Under the pieces are notes generated by a model, which saw only the letters and a list, made by a program, of their open reading frames with translations, ran no database searches and was not told the DNA's origin. Below are positions 1-10,434 of a stretch of DNA of 64,000 bases, piece after piece. This stretch comes from an uncultured Bacteroidales bacterium (GTDB taxonomy: Bacteria > Bacteroidota > Bacteroidia > Bacteroidales > UBA932). The first letter of the stretch is position 1, and every line of letters starts with the position of its first letter. The stretch is taken from contig CALVCB010000001.1 in assembly GCA_944325965.1 (NCBI GenBank), positions 3,732 through 67,731 of the forward strand. Reading direction: 5' to 3'. A program made the position numbers and the translations under genes.

Positions 1-468
1 CACTCCGGTGGCCCCGGTTATGCGGAAGGCGGCCATATACTGGGACGCTGTAAGAGAGGGAAAATCGCTGTTTTCCACAGTTACGGTCACTGATGCACTG
101 GTCTCCCCGGCAGGGATAGTGACAGTGCTTTCATATTTGAGGACACCTTCCGGGAACGCCTCATAGCCGGATTCGATAGCGGAGGCGTCTTCTCCTATTG
201 TCACTGTCACAGCTTCGGCCTGGACCTTTGTGACGGCTACTTCAATCGTTCTCTCGACTGTACCGAGTTCCCCGATGGGGGTGTGCTGGATTGCGGCAGT
301 GACGGCCTCGTATTCAGGCATTGTCCCGTCCACAATGTAAGCGTATGTCCCTGTGACGCCTTTGTACTCCCCGTAAGTGTCCTTTGAAGGTATCAGCTCT
401 TCTTCGCAGGAAACAAGTCCGAGGACGGCCGCTGCTGATGCGGCGATGTATTTCAAAACCTTTTTCAT
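1..468 (-). CDS. DUF1735-like surface lipoprotein of the PUL (3' end outside window)
   Basis: Read by hand, not in the ORF track. ATG at 468 gives MKKVLKYIAASAAVLGLVSC (lipobox), later VTIPAGETSASVTVTV (DUF1735-like). Open to the window edge. Confidence 0.75.
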   Translation of the reverse strand, partial: MKKVLKYIAASAAAVLGLVSCEEELIPSKDTYGEYKGVTGTYAYIVDGTMPEYEAVTAAIQHTPIGELGTVERTIEVAVTKVQAEAVTVTIGEDASAIESGYEAFPEGVLKYESTVTIPAGETSASVTVTVENSDFPSLTASQYMAAFRITGATGV

Positions 469-481
469 AATCTTCAATTTT

Positions 482-1696
482 TTAGTTCCTGCAGACATTT
501 ATAGGGTCGTCTTCACCGGTCCACAGTACTTCCCCGCTCTTGTCGTACTCTTCAAGGGTGCCGTTGCCGTCAGGGTCTGCGACAGACTGCGACCAGTCGA
601 TGTCATAGCCGTTGCCTGTAGCGTCATGGAAGATGTGTCCTTCGCCTTCGTTGAATTTCCAATAGGCCACAAGCCCCTCAGAATCGGACGGCACATTGCA
701 GACACCTTCCTTCATTTCGGTCACCGAAAGTGCCCTGTCCCAGATACGTACTTCGGCTATTCTTCCGCTGAACAGCTGGCGTGATGCGTAGCCGCCCCAG
801 GACATGCCTATCTCGTACCTCTGGAAAGTTGTGGTTCCGTCTCCGGTTCCCCTCATCGTCTCCGGTTCTCCGTCCACATACATGGTCATTGTGCTTCCGT
901 CGTAAACCAAAGAAAGCATATACCATCTGCCCGGGTCGAAAAGTGTGTTGGAAACTATGTTGCCTGCCGGAGATACCAGCTGGAGCGAATGTCCTGGATA
1001 GCCGTTTTCGCCGAAACGAAGCATATTGGATTTGCTCTCATCCTTGGCGCTCCACTGGCACAGACGGCATATCATGTCGGTCCCTGTCTCCTTGAGCGAG
1101 TATGCATAGAACTTTATCTCGTATGTATATGTAGAAAGCTCTATGGCTTTTTCGTCAGGGAAAATAAAGTTGCTTGACATGTTCGGATTGTCTATGTCCA
1201 GAGCGGCAAACCTGAACTCGTTTGTCGGCCTGATCAGGATAGAACTGCTTGAAGGGAGTATCTCATAGTCCCCGCCTTCAACCCTGTCCAGCACCAGAGG
1301 AATGACATATATGTAGCCTTCCTCAACATGGTCATGGTTTGTAATCGAGACTGTATTGACAGCCGATGCGGCAGAGCCGGAAGGAATGACCATATGGTCG
1401 CTGTCCATGGATATGGCAGACTCCGGTACGGCCCTGTAGTTTGTCTTGTTCTCTTCGTTGTATCTGTCAACTGCGGAGCCGTCATATCTGAGATATACCG
1501 TGATGTCTTCTGTGGCCTTTCCTGTGGCCGAGACAGTCAGCTCATAGGAATCCCCGTCGACTTTTATGACGGGACTGTCATCTGTGCCGGTAAACAGGAC
1601 AATCTCCCTGCCAGGCTCGAATTTGTCTCCTTCCGTGCAGCTTGCCGCAAGGAAGGCCAGCACAGCCATAATGCATGTATTGAAATGTATTTTCAT
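482..1696 (-). CDS. DUF1735 + LamG/concanavalin-A-like lipoprotein (surface glycan-binding protein)
   Basis: Lipobox LAASC, N-terminal DUF1735-like region, C-terminal LamG motifs (WYMLSLVYDG, MYVDG, EVRIWDRALS, LVAYWKFNEG). Follows GH18 in a SusCD locus. Confidence 0.85.
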   Translation of the reverse strand: MKIHFNTCIMAVLAFLAASCTEGDKFEPGREIVLFTGTDDSPVIKVDGDSYELTVSATGKATEDITVYLRYDGSAVDRYNEENKTNYRAVPESAISMDSDHMVIPSGSAASAVNTVSITNHDHVEEGYIYVIPLVLDRVEGGDYEILPSSSSILIRPTNEFRFAALDIDNPNMSSNFIFPDEKAIELSTYTYEIKFYAYSLKETGTDMICRLCQWSAKDESKSNMLRFGENGYPGHSLQLVSPAGNIVSNTLFDPGRWYMLSLVYDGSTMTMYVDGEPETMRGTGDGTTTFQRYEIGMSWGGYASRQLFSGRIAEVRIWDRALSVTEMKEGVCNVPSDSEGLVAYWKFNEGEGHIFHDATGNGYDIDWSQSVADPDGNGTLEEYDKSGEVLWTGEDDPINVCRN

Positions 1697-1712
1697 GATT
1701 GTGTCAAATATT

Positions 1713-2786
1713 TTAATGTATTGAAGGATTGGCTATCTGGATGCATCTGCGCAGGTTCCAGTAAGGCCCCTTGCTGAAATAGTAGTCTGAATCTATGTAA
1801 TATGCACCGAATCCGGCACCGAATCCGTCTTTGCAGTATCGGGCATAGGCTTCGAGGGAAGCCATTTCCACGTAGTTGCCGTTCTCGTCATATGTCATCA
1901 GGGTCTCCCCGTCCCATCCGCGGTACGGCACGTAGCCGCCGTTGTCGCGGTTCGGCCCTTCACTGCTGCTCTGGTTCCACTGCTCGCATATTATGAACTT
2001 GTCGGCCGGGCACCAGCCTGGTTTGCTGATACTGTTGTAGGAGTTCCCGATCTGCTGGGTATATGCCTGGCAGACGAGATAGCTTATGTATGGTTCGATG
2101 GCTTCACTCGGGTATGAGCCGAAATAGTCTACGATGTTCAGCATCTGCCTGCCTTCCTCCGTCTCTGCCTGCGGGCCGAAATGCTTTCCGCTCTGCTCGA
2201 TGGCTATTGCCAGGTCGGATGCGGACCACCCTTCGAAGTCATAGTCCACTCCGTCAAGCCCGAAGTGCAGTACCTGGTCGGCATAGTAGTCTGCATATGC
2301 CCTGAGGGCTTCTTCGCTTCTGTCAGCGCTCAGGTCATAGTCTTTGCCATTCCATGTGAACTGATGGTTATAGTGCGCCGCATCCACGTGCAGCACGAAC
2401 CGTGTCCCTTTCACTTCCTGGCAGTATTTCATGTCGGAAGCAGCTACAGGGGAGTATTCATACTCATCGGCCGGGTCTGAGGAAGGTACACCCATCCAGA
2501 GGTTTACTATATCCAGGCTGTCCGGAAGACCGATGAACCTCTCGGCCATGGTCGTAGGTTCCTTGTACATGCTTGAAGCGCCTTCAAGCGGTGCCCATGC
2601 GGCATAGTATACATATGTCAAGGTATGCTTGCTCTTTTTCCATTCACGGAGGTTGGCATAGTACTGCTCGTCAAACAGCTCGTCACCCGGGGAAGGGATC
2701 TTCTGGACTTCAAGGGCTTCTTCTTTTGTACAGCTGAGCGCGAGCGCCGTTGCGGCAATAGAGATAAGATATATGGTTTTTTTCAT
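1713..2786 (-). CDS. GH18-family endo-beta-N-acetylglucosaminidase lipoprotein
   Basis: Lipobox LALSC, intact catalytic DxxDxDxE motif (DGVDYDFE), YYANLREWKKS and LPDSLDIV motifs typical of Bacteroides PUL endoglycosidases. Directly downstream of susD. Confidence 0.88.
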   Translation of the reverse strand: MKKTIYLISIAATALALSCTKEEALEVQKIPSPGDELFDEQYYANLREWKKSKHTLTYVYYAAWAPLEGASSMYKEPTTMAERFIGLPDSLDIVNLWMGVPSSDPADEYEYSPVAASDMKYCQEVKGTRFVLHVDAAHYNHQFTWNGKDYDLSADRSEEALRAYADYYADQVLHFGLDGVDYDFEGWSASDLAIAIEQSGKHFGPQAETEEGRQMLNIVDYFGSYPSEAIEPYISYLVCQAYTQQIGNSYNSISKPGWCPADKFIICEQWNQSSSEGPNRDNGGYVPYRGWDGETLMTYDENGNYVEMASLEAYARYCKDGFGAGFGAYYIDSDYYFSKGPYWNLRRCIQIANPSIH

Positions 2787-2806
2787 CTTTTAAACATTTT
2801 TGTCGG

Positions 2807-4387
2807 TTAACGCTGTTTCTTGTCCCACCAGAGCTGGGTCCCGGCATTGTCAGGTCCTCCGAGCAATGAGATTCCCTGGGCCAGTCCGGACGGGTTCTCG
2901 GACTGCTCGCTTATAGGATAAGGGACGCGGCGGATCTGCAGGTCCGTGTCCACGACACCGTCGCTGTAATTGTTCACCGGGGCTATGAGTCTCGGATAGT
3001 CGGTCCTGCGGTATTCGGCCCAGGCTTCGCACCCGTTAGGAAAGACAGCGAGCCACTTCTGCGTCATTATCCTTTCGAGGTTGGTCTCGAAGTCATCGGC
3101 CGTATCGAATGCGATTGCTACATCCGAAGGGGCTGACGCGTTGTTGTTCTCTACAGCGTCCACGAATGAAGTGGATGTCCTGGTGCTCGCTATGTATGAG
3201 TCGGCACCGGTGGCGCCCCATTCTTCAAATGATTTGCGGATTCCTTCCTCGTACATGTCCTTGGCTGTGCTTACGCTGCCCCAGCGGAGCTCGTACTCGG
3301 CGCGGAGGAAGTATGCTTCGGCGGCATTGATCCATACTATGTCGTAGATGGTGGCGTTTGGCGCCGAGACATTGTTCGCCGTGTTGTGGTAAGGCGTCCA
3401 GTTGGTGTTGTCGATGCCGTTTCGTACCCCATGGAGTTCACCATCATTGGCGGCCTTGGCGTACAAGAATTTGCGGGGGTCATCAAACCCGTTCAGATAG
3501 CAGTCGAGCGATGCCCCTATCTGGCAGTCTCCGTCATTGAAGTTCACATTGATTTCATATATAGGATGGTGGTCTACCCCTTCTACTACGGCATTGTCGG
3601 CATTGTCGGTTATTATTCCTATAGGGTCGTTGATGGATTTTTCAGCCTCGCTCCTGGCAAGGGCCTCGTCTGCATAGCTGCATCTCATCGCAAGGCGCAG
3701 ACGGAGAGTATTGGCAAATTTTATCCATTGCTCCACATTGCCTCCGTATACGATGTCGAAGTCTGTCATGATGCTGCCTGCCGGGTTGGCGGCATAATAG
3801 TCGCTCAGTACAGTTATGGCCTCGTCAAGTTCGGACAGCATCTGTCTGTATATGGACTCCTGAGAGTCGTATTCAGGAGTGAGGGATGTTCCGACCTTAC
3901 TGTAAGGTACCGCTCCGTAATAGTCTGTCACCTGGTGCATTGTGGTCACTTTCAGGACGTCCGCTATTGCCGCGACATGGTCGAGCTGGCTTTCTTCGGC
4001 TATTTCAGAGAGTGTTACCCATGCGTTCATGGACTTGGAGTATTTGTTGACGAACATTGAGCGTGCCCACTGGTCGAGTATGTAGAAACTTCCGTTGTTG
4101 CGTCCGTCTCCGAGGGTAGGGGCGAAGAACCCGGACCAGATGTCGGCGCACAGGTTATATGTCACCTGGTAGTCCGAATCCAGTGTCCCTGTCCCGTCCC
4201 TGTAGAGGATAACGGTCCTTTCGAGCTGCTGGAAAAGGGCTCCTGTAAGGTTATCGTCAGTGAGCATCTGGTCATGTGTGGCCTCATGCTTGTTGGTGTT
4301 GAAGTCTTCGAAGTTCTTCGTACACCCCGCTACTGTGGCAGCAAGGGAAACAGCTGCCGTCAATTTTATTAAACTATTGATATTCAT
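2807..4387 (-). CDS. susD: SusD/RagB family nutrient-binding lipoprotein
   Basis: Lipobox AGC-TKNFEDFN, plus TDYYGAVPYS, WIKFANTLRLRLAMR, IMTQKWLA, EAWAEYRRT and LWWD motifs. Confidence 0.95.
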   Translation of the reverse strand: MNINSLIKLTAAVSLAATVAGCTKNFEDFNTNKHEATHDQMLTDDNLTGALFQQLERTVILYRDGTGTLDSDYQVTYNLCADIWSGFFAPTLGDGRNNGSFYILDQWARSMFVNKYSKSMNAWVTLSEIAEESQLDHVAAIADVLKVTTMHQVTDYYGAVPYSKVGTSLTPEYDSQESIYRQMLSELDEAITVLSDYYAANPAGSIMTDFDIVYGGNVEQWIKFANTLRLRLAMRCSYADEALARSEAEKSINDPIGIITDNADNAVVEGVDHHPIYEINVNFNDGDCQIGASLDCYLNGFDDPRKFLYAKAANDGELHGVRNGIDNTNWTPYHNTANNVSAPNATIYDIVWINAAEAYFLRAEYELRWGSVSTAKDMYEEGIRKSFEEWGATGADSYIASTRTSTSFVDAVENNNASAPSDVAIAFDTADDFETNLERIMTQKWLAVFPNGCEAWAEYRRTDYPRLIAPVNNYSDGVVDTDLQIRRVPYPISEQSENPSGLAQGISLLGGPDNAGTQLWWDKKQR

Positions 4388-4401
4388 AATCGTTGCAGCT
4401 A

Positions 4402-7400
4402 TTAGAATTTGAGTTTGACAGAGAAACCGAAGCTCCGTGTGCTAGGCTGCATGAAGTAGTCGATTCCCTGGTTGTACGTGCCGGTGCTTGACGTCATCTC
4501 AGGATCGAACGGAGCCTTTTTGTAGATCATCCACAGGTTGTGCCCTACAAGGGTGAGGTTGAGGCCTTTGAGCCACTTGCACCAGTTCTGTACAGGGAAG
4601 TCATATCCTATGGAGAGTTCGCTCAGACGTATGTTCGTGGCATCATAGACATACATGCTCATCACGCCGTCGTTTGCACCGATTGTCTGGTAATATTCCT
4701 TCACGTTAGGGGACTTCATTCCGTTGATCATCACGTATCCGCGGTCACGGGCATCTGCAGTGGCCTGGGAGATACCGTAGTAGTCCATCACGGCCTGGGT
4801 CTTGGAGATGGCGACACCTCCGAGTCTGCCTGTGAAAAGGAAGTTGAGGCTGAATCCTTTCCATGAGAGGCTGTTGCCCCATGAAAGAAGGTGCTTCGGC
4901 GCTGTGTCACCCGCATATATGAGGTCTTCGTCATCATAGTCCGCCACAACGTTCCCGGTGGAAGTCTGGATCAGGTACCCTTTCTCGTCAGTAGCAAGGG
5001 TGGTGACGTACACATCGCTCATGGAGCCTCCTTCGTACAGGATATTTTTAACTCCTCCAAATCCCCCTACGTCCAGCCTTGAGATATTGAGGGTCTCGCC
5101 CGTTTCGGGTACATACCAGTCTTTCAGGAGTGACACGATCCTGTTCCTGTTGTGGGAATAGGTCATGTATGTGTCCCAATGTACCGGACCGAAGTCATCT
5201 CCGTATCTTGCCGAGAGCTCGACTCCGGTATTGTCCACCTGTCCGGCATTCACAATCACTGAAGTCCACCTTGATGCAGCCGACAGGGATGATTCGAAGA
5301 ACTGGTTGAAGGTGCTTGATTTATACCAGGTCGCATCAATCTGGAACTTGCTGTTGAAAAAGTGGATGTTGGTACCGACTTCCCATGATTTGGTCCGTTC
5401 AGGCTGGAGGTTGGTGTTTTCCATCCTGGTCTTTGTCGATGCTATACCGCTTGCCACACTGTATGTCGGCATGGTAAGGAACTGCTCCGGGTCATTACCC
5501 ACTTCCGAGTATGATACGCGCAGTTTCCAGTATGGGAACACGTCGCTCTTGAGCCCCGGGATGAATTCGGTTACTATCCCTGATAGCCCGACGGTAGGGT
5601 AGAATACGGATGAATAGTCGGAGAATGCCAGTGTGGATGACCAGTCGTTCCTGGCTGTAAGGTCGAGATAGACCATGCTCTTGAAGCCTACCTGTACGTT
5701 GGCGAATATGGCCTGTTTCTGCTTGCGGTAGCCTTCCTGTACCATTTCAGTGGCAGAGTGTGACCTGTCTATGTTTCCGAAAGTGAACAGGTTGGCGATA
5801 GGGTTGAGGTTTCCTCCGATATAATCCCGGCTGTACTGGATATCCTCGATGTTTGCACCTATTGTCGCAGTGAGGTTGACTATGTTGTCCCCGAAATATT
5901 TGTTTATGCTGGCTATGATTTCACCGAATTTCTGGTTGGTCACCATGGTCTCCTTGCTGTAGTAGCCGAATTCTGACGCGAACAGCTGGAGAGTGCCGGC
6001 ATTGAATTTCCTCTCATGTGTCTCGTTGTTCATGTCGATTTTGCCCCTGGCCGAGATGGTGAGCCAGTCCAGCGGTTTGTATGAGAGCTGGGCACTGGCC
6101 ATCATGCGGTTCTTGTTGTTGTTGTACCTTTGGTTTTCAGTTATCCAATAAGGGTTCTGCATGGAGAGGTCGTTGCCGTAAGGCCAGTACTGGGTCTTGA
6201 GGTTACGGGCCGCGTCATAGCGCTCATATATCTTGATCCGCTCGAAGTCGTCTCCTGCCGGGAAAAGGTAGATAGGGACGACAGGGTTCATGTACTGTCC
6301 CTGCGACACCATATTCTGCTCCTTGATGTTGGCATAGGAGAGGCTTACATCAAGGGTCATCTTGTCTTTCAGGAAGTTAGTGGTGTTGCGGACATTGAAA
6401 TTGTATCTGTCCACGTCATTGTTGCGGATTATGCCTTTGGAGTTGGTCGCAGCCATCGAGACATAGATCTGGTTCTTTTCAGTACCGGAAGAAAGGCTGA
6501 TGGAGTTGTTCTCGTTGATTCCGGTCTGGAAAAAGTCTCTCGGACTATAGTTTGAAGGTGTCGCAAGCTTTTCTCCCCAGCTCTGGTAGGACCCTGCCTC
6601 GGTAGCTCCGTATGTGTTCTGGAATGAAGGCATTATATAGGCACGGGAGAACTCCGTAGTGTTGGAGTAATTGAGCGAGAAGGAATCTTTCGAACCTTTC
6701 TTGGTGGTGATGATTACTACGCCATTGGCCGCTGCGGACCCGTACAGTGCCGCTGCCGAAGGACCGCTCAGTACTGAAATGCTGGCGATGTCGTCAGGGT
6801 TTATGGCCGAGAGCCCGTCCCCGGTCTGTCCAGCTCCGGCATATACTCCTTCCGGCTGTTCCCCGGAGAGGTTCGGCATCGGGATACCGTCAATCACATA
6901 AAGGGCATTGTTGTTGTTCGAGATGGACTTCGTTCCTCTCATGACCACTCGGCTTCCCCCCCCCTATGCCTGAGGACGAGGTGTTGATGACTACTCCGGC
7001 GACCTTTCCGTTGAGTGCATTGACGAATGAACCCGTAGGGGTTATGTTCTCCAGTTCCATTTCCTGGACGTTGTAGGACAGGGATTTTTCTGCTTTCGAG
7101 ATACCCATTGCTGTCACTACTGTAGCCTCAAGCACAGAATATTCTGTCTTGAGTACCGCATTGATTACTGTACGTCCGTTGATAGTTTCTTTAAGGTCGC
7201 TCATGCCTATATAGGAAAATACAAGCGATATGGCGTCAGCCGGTACTGCAAGGGTGTACTTGCCGTCCAGATCCGTCACCGTACCTACGGAAGTATTCCC
7301 TTCTACGAATACGCTGGCGCCGATAAGAGGCTCTCCGTTTTCATCGGAAACTGTTCCTGAGACTGTGGTCTCCTGAGCGTATCCGATGCCTGCGGAAAAG

Positions 7401-7483
7401 AAAAGTGAAGCGAATACCGATAAGGTATAGGCCAGACCTTTCTTCAAACCGTCAAGACGGTTCAGAAAGTTAAGAATGCTCAT
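4402..7483 (-). pseudogene. susC: SusC/RagA TonB-dependent transporter, split by a frameshift in a G9 homopolymer (6956-6964)
   Basis: ORF 6890-7483 holds the signal peptide, CarboxypepD-like domain and plug start. ORF 4402-6948 holds the rest of the plug (VIDGIP, SAAALYGS) and the barrel ending in F. Removing one G gives the conserved GIGGGSRVVMRGTKS and one 1026-aa ORF. Confidence 0.9.
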
Positions 7484-7548
7484 AAAAATGGGAATTTAGT
7501 TATATAAATATGGTTATGTTATTGAACATATGTTGTCAACAATATCAT

Positions 7549-8304
7549 TCAGTAGGCGGCATTGTATATGGCTTTTATCTCAAGTTCCTTGTCTGCAGGC
7601 TTCCCGTTGACCAGAGGGATGAGCGGGAATGTCAGCGTGTCCCCGGCAATGGTTTTGCCTGGCATGGTGAAATGGAACCATACGGTATCTTTCCCTCTGC
7701 CGCCAATCTTGTGGCTTTCTGAGAATGACACGCAACCGCTGTACTCACGGGGTATGTCAAATGAAAGATCCATTTTTTTCCTTCCGGAGTTCGCACATCT
7801 AACGAACATCCCTTTCCTTTCACCCGGTGAAAGCTTGCCGAAGTGAAGTGTCTCGTGGCTCATGTGCAGACCTTTGCCATACAGGTAAGGATAATCCTCT
7901 TCTACGGCATGCCGCATGGGCTTCACTTCTCCTTTTATGATGAGGCTTAGAATGCCTTTTCTCCCGAGGCATCTTATCCCTATTTCTTCCATGAATATGC
8001 CGCTCCTGTATGAAGGATTATACGTCACCGCCACTTTCAGGGTCTCTCCCGGTGCTGCAGAGGTGCTTTCCATACGGGCTCTGACACATGAGCATCTTGT
8101 CAGTGCCGCTACCGGTATGAGTGTGTCCTGATACGTATTTGGAAGAAGCAGCAAGGCTTCTGCCGGGCCATCCTTTTCCTTGATTATGCCGAAATCGGCC
8201 TCCGTATTTTCGGAGACAGTGATTTCTCTGATGCTGTCATTACCGCACGACATGAGTGTCAGGATAATTGTGGCTGAACATAATCTTATGGCTTTGGTGT
8301 GCAC
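7549..8304 (-). CDS. DUF1573 domain lipoprotein
   Basis: Lipobox LMSC. DFGIIKEKDG, TRCSC and PGE motifs match DUF1573, followed by a second Ig-like half. GTG start. Confidence 0.7.
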   Translation of the reverse strand: MHTKAIRLCSATIILTLMSCGNDSIREITVSENTEADFGIIKEKDGPAEALLLLPNTYQDTLIPVAALTRCSCVRARMESTSAAPGETLKVAVTYNPSYRSGIFMEEIGIRCLGRKGILSLIIKGEVKPMRHAVEEDYPYLYGKGLHMSHETLHFGKLSPGERKGMFVRCANSGRKKMDLSFDIPREYSGCVSFSESHKIGGRGKDTVWFHFTMPGKTIAGDTLTFPLIPLVNGKPADKELEIKAIYNAAY

Positions 8305-8329
8305 TGTGGTTTTCGTTTTTCTTGGTGCG

Positions 8330-8337
8330 CAAATTTA
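8330..8337 (-). promoter_or_regulatory. Bacteroidetes sigma-A -7 element (TAAATTTG) upstream of DUF1573-susC
   Basis: Matches TAnnTTTG in an AT-rich intergenic region, 26 bp upstream of the start codon. Confidence 0.55.
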
Positions 8338-8591
8338 AATATTTCTGATTAAATAGAAACCGGAAAACGGCCTCCTATGGGCCCTGGAAGGGGGTTATAT
8401 ATTCTAATTTAATAAATTTTTGATGGTGATAAGTATTTGTTAATTAATGAAATAATGTGATACTTAGCGTATTTTTAGGACAAAATACGGCAAATACTGT
8501 TTAATATTTTTGTAATATACCGTTAAAAAGACACTATATGCACGGTTTCAACTCCCTTGGGTATACTGTTTGAAACTTTATGGATGTCTGA

Positions 8592-10379
8592 TTATAAGGC
8601 ACCGAAACTTTTGACTCCATAAGTTTTGTTTTCGCTGGTGCTGAGTGGTAATAAACGGATATATCTGAGTGTCAGGGGGACATCGAATGTGACCTCCTGG
8701 CGAATTGGGTTGTTTACTATGTTCTCGAACATTTTGTCCGAGAATACGGTTTTCCAGTATTTGCCGTCTGTGCTTACTTCCAGATTGTAACTGATTATGC
8801 ACCCGTCTTTGCCTTTCTTTTTCGGCTGGTAGTAGAACCCTCTGACTTCGGCTGTTTTCCCGAGGTCTATTTCAAGCGGAGTTCCTGCATCCCTGGTTTC
8901 TCCGGAGCTGTCTGCATCGTCCCATGCCTCTGTCTCGCCCATTACCTCGTCGAGGTACAGCCCGAACCCGTTCAGGAGCGGGCATGCGTATGATTTTTCG
9001 ATATTCACCCGCACGGCAGAGGTGGTCAGCCTGTCAGTGAGCAGGATGCGTTTGTAGCCGATGGTCGTGCCTTCCGCTGCACTGACCCAGTCACCGTCCT
9101 TGTCCATGATATCGACACTGAACTGCGCCACTCTCTGTCCGAGGGGGATGTATTCCTGGAGCATTATCCTGTTGAATGTCTTTTCCCCGTCAAGGTTTAT
9201 GATGACGGAGGCTTCCTTCACGTCGTCATCTGTCGTCCAGTAGGTGTCATAGCCGGCGTCAAGCATGTTGGATGCGGCGAATTTCATGCTCCCTCCCCGG
9301 ACTTCATCCGCTTCTGCGGTCGCCCCGTCCGACATGTCGACTGAGAATATTTTATCCAGGGCGGCACGGAATTCCATGAGCCTGAGGGAGTCGGTGCCAT
9401 GGATAAGACCCCTTTTGTCAGGTGGTACATTCAGGAGCAGGAGTGAGTTCCTTCCTACGCTGGCATAGTATATCCCCAGCAGGTCCGATACGGATTTTAC
9501 TTTGTCGTTTTCAGAATCCTTATAAAACCATCCAGGGCGTATGGATACGTCGGCTTCACCTGGTATCCATGCTTCTCCGTGGACATTCCCGCAGTTGAGT
9601 GTGTCAAGGGCAGGGGATTTCCCGGGCATGAACCCTGCTGTGTCCAGCCTGGACCAGCATGTCTTCCCTGCATATCCAGCCTCGTTCCCTATCCAGCGGC
9701 ATCCGGGACCGACATCACTGAATATCACGGCATCAGGCTGATGCCTGTAGACTGTCTCGTGGTACAGGTCCCAGTCGTATCTCTGGCGTTTCCCGTTGGG
9801 CCCTTCACCGCATGCCCCGTCAAACCACTGCTCGAATACCGGGCCGTAGCTTCCCAGTGCGCTCTCGAGGGTCCGGCGGAACACACCGTTATATTCATCA
9901 GTGCCGTATGCCGGGTCGTTCCTGTCCCATGGAGATATGTACACTCCGAACTCCAGACCGTATTCCCGGCATGCTTCCGAAAGATCTTTCAGCACATCGC
10001 CTTTCCCGTCCATCCATGAACTCTGCGCTACCGTATGGCGGCTTGCCGGGTTGGGCCACAGGCAAAACCCGTCGTGGTGCTTCGCTGTGATGATTATCCC
10101 TTTCATTCCGGCAGCCTTGGCTATGGAAGCCCACTGGCGGCAATCCATCTGTGAAGGGTTGAAGATGTCTGCGTCTTCCTGTCCGCTTCCCCATTCTGCG
10201 CTGGTGAAGGTGTTAGGGCCGAAATGGCAGAACATGTTGGTCTCCATCTTCTGCCACTCTATCTGCTGCGGAGTGGGAAGTGGTCCGTAAGGGGCGGGAG
10301 CTTCAGTCCCGCAGGATGCCATGACAAGGCCGCAGGCCGCGGCAGACAGGGCAAGGCTCGATTTATTGGGCTGTATCAT
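8592..10379 (-). CDS. Alpha-L-fucosidase (GH29) with C-terminal F5/8 type C domains
   Basis: AKHHDGF, YISPWD, WFDGA (nucleophile), SIRPGWFY and LLLNVPP motifs. Start placed at MIQPNK... ahead of the lipobox MASC. Confidence 0.93.
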   Translation of the reverse strand: MIQPNKSSLALSAAACGLVMASCGTEAPAPYGPLPTPQQIEWQKMETNMFCHFGPNTFTSAEWGSGQEDADIFNPSQMDCRQWASIAKAAGMKGIIITAKHHDGFCLWPNPASRHTVAQSSWMDGKGDVLKDLSEACREYGLEFGVYISPWDRNDPAYGTDEYNGVFRRTLESALGSYGPVFEQWFDGACGEGPNGKRQRYDWDLYHETVYRHQPDAVIFSDVGPGCRWIGNEAGYAGKTCWSRLDTAGFMPGKSPALDTLNCGNVHGEAWIPGEADVSIRPGWFYKDSENDKVKSVSDLLGIYYASVGRNSLLLLNVPPDKRGLIHGTDSLRLMEFRAALDKIFSVDMSDGATAEADEVRGGSMKFAASNMLDAGYDTYWTTDDDVKEASVIINLDGEKTFNRIMLQEYIPLGQRVAQFSVDIMDKDGDWVSAAEGTTIGYKRILLTDRLTTSAVRVNIEKSYACPLLNGFGLYLDEVMGETEAWDDADSSGETRDAGTPLEIDLGKTAEVRGFYYQPKKKGKDGCIISYNLEVSTDGKYWKTVFSDKMFENIVNNPIRQEVTFDVPLTLRYIRLLPLSTSENKTYGVKSFGAL

Positions 10380-10434
10380 ATTGTTTTGTGTGTCTATGAT
10401 TGTTTCTTCATGATGCTGAATCCGGTCTCCTTGG

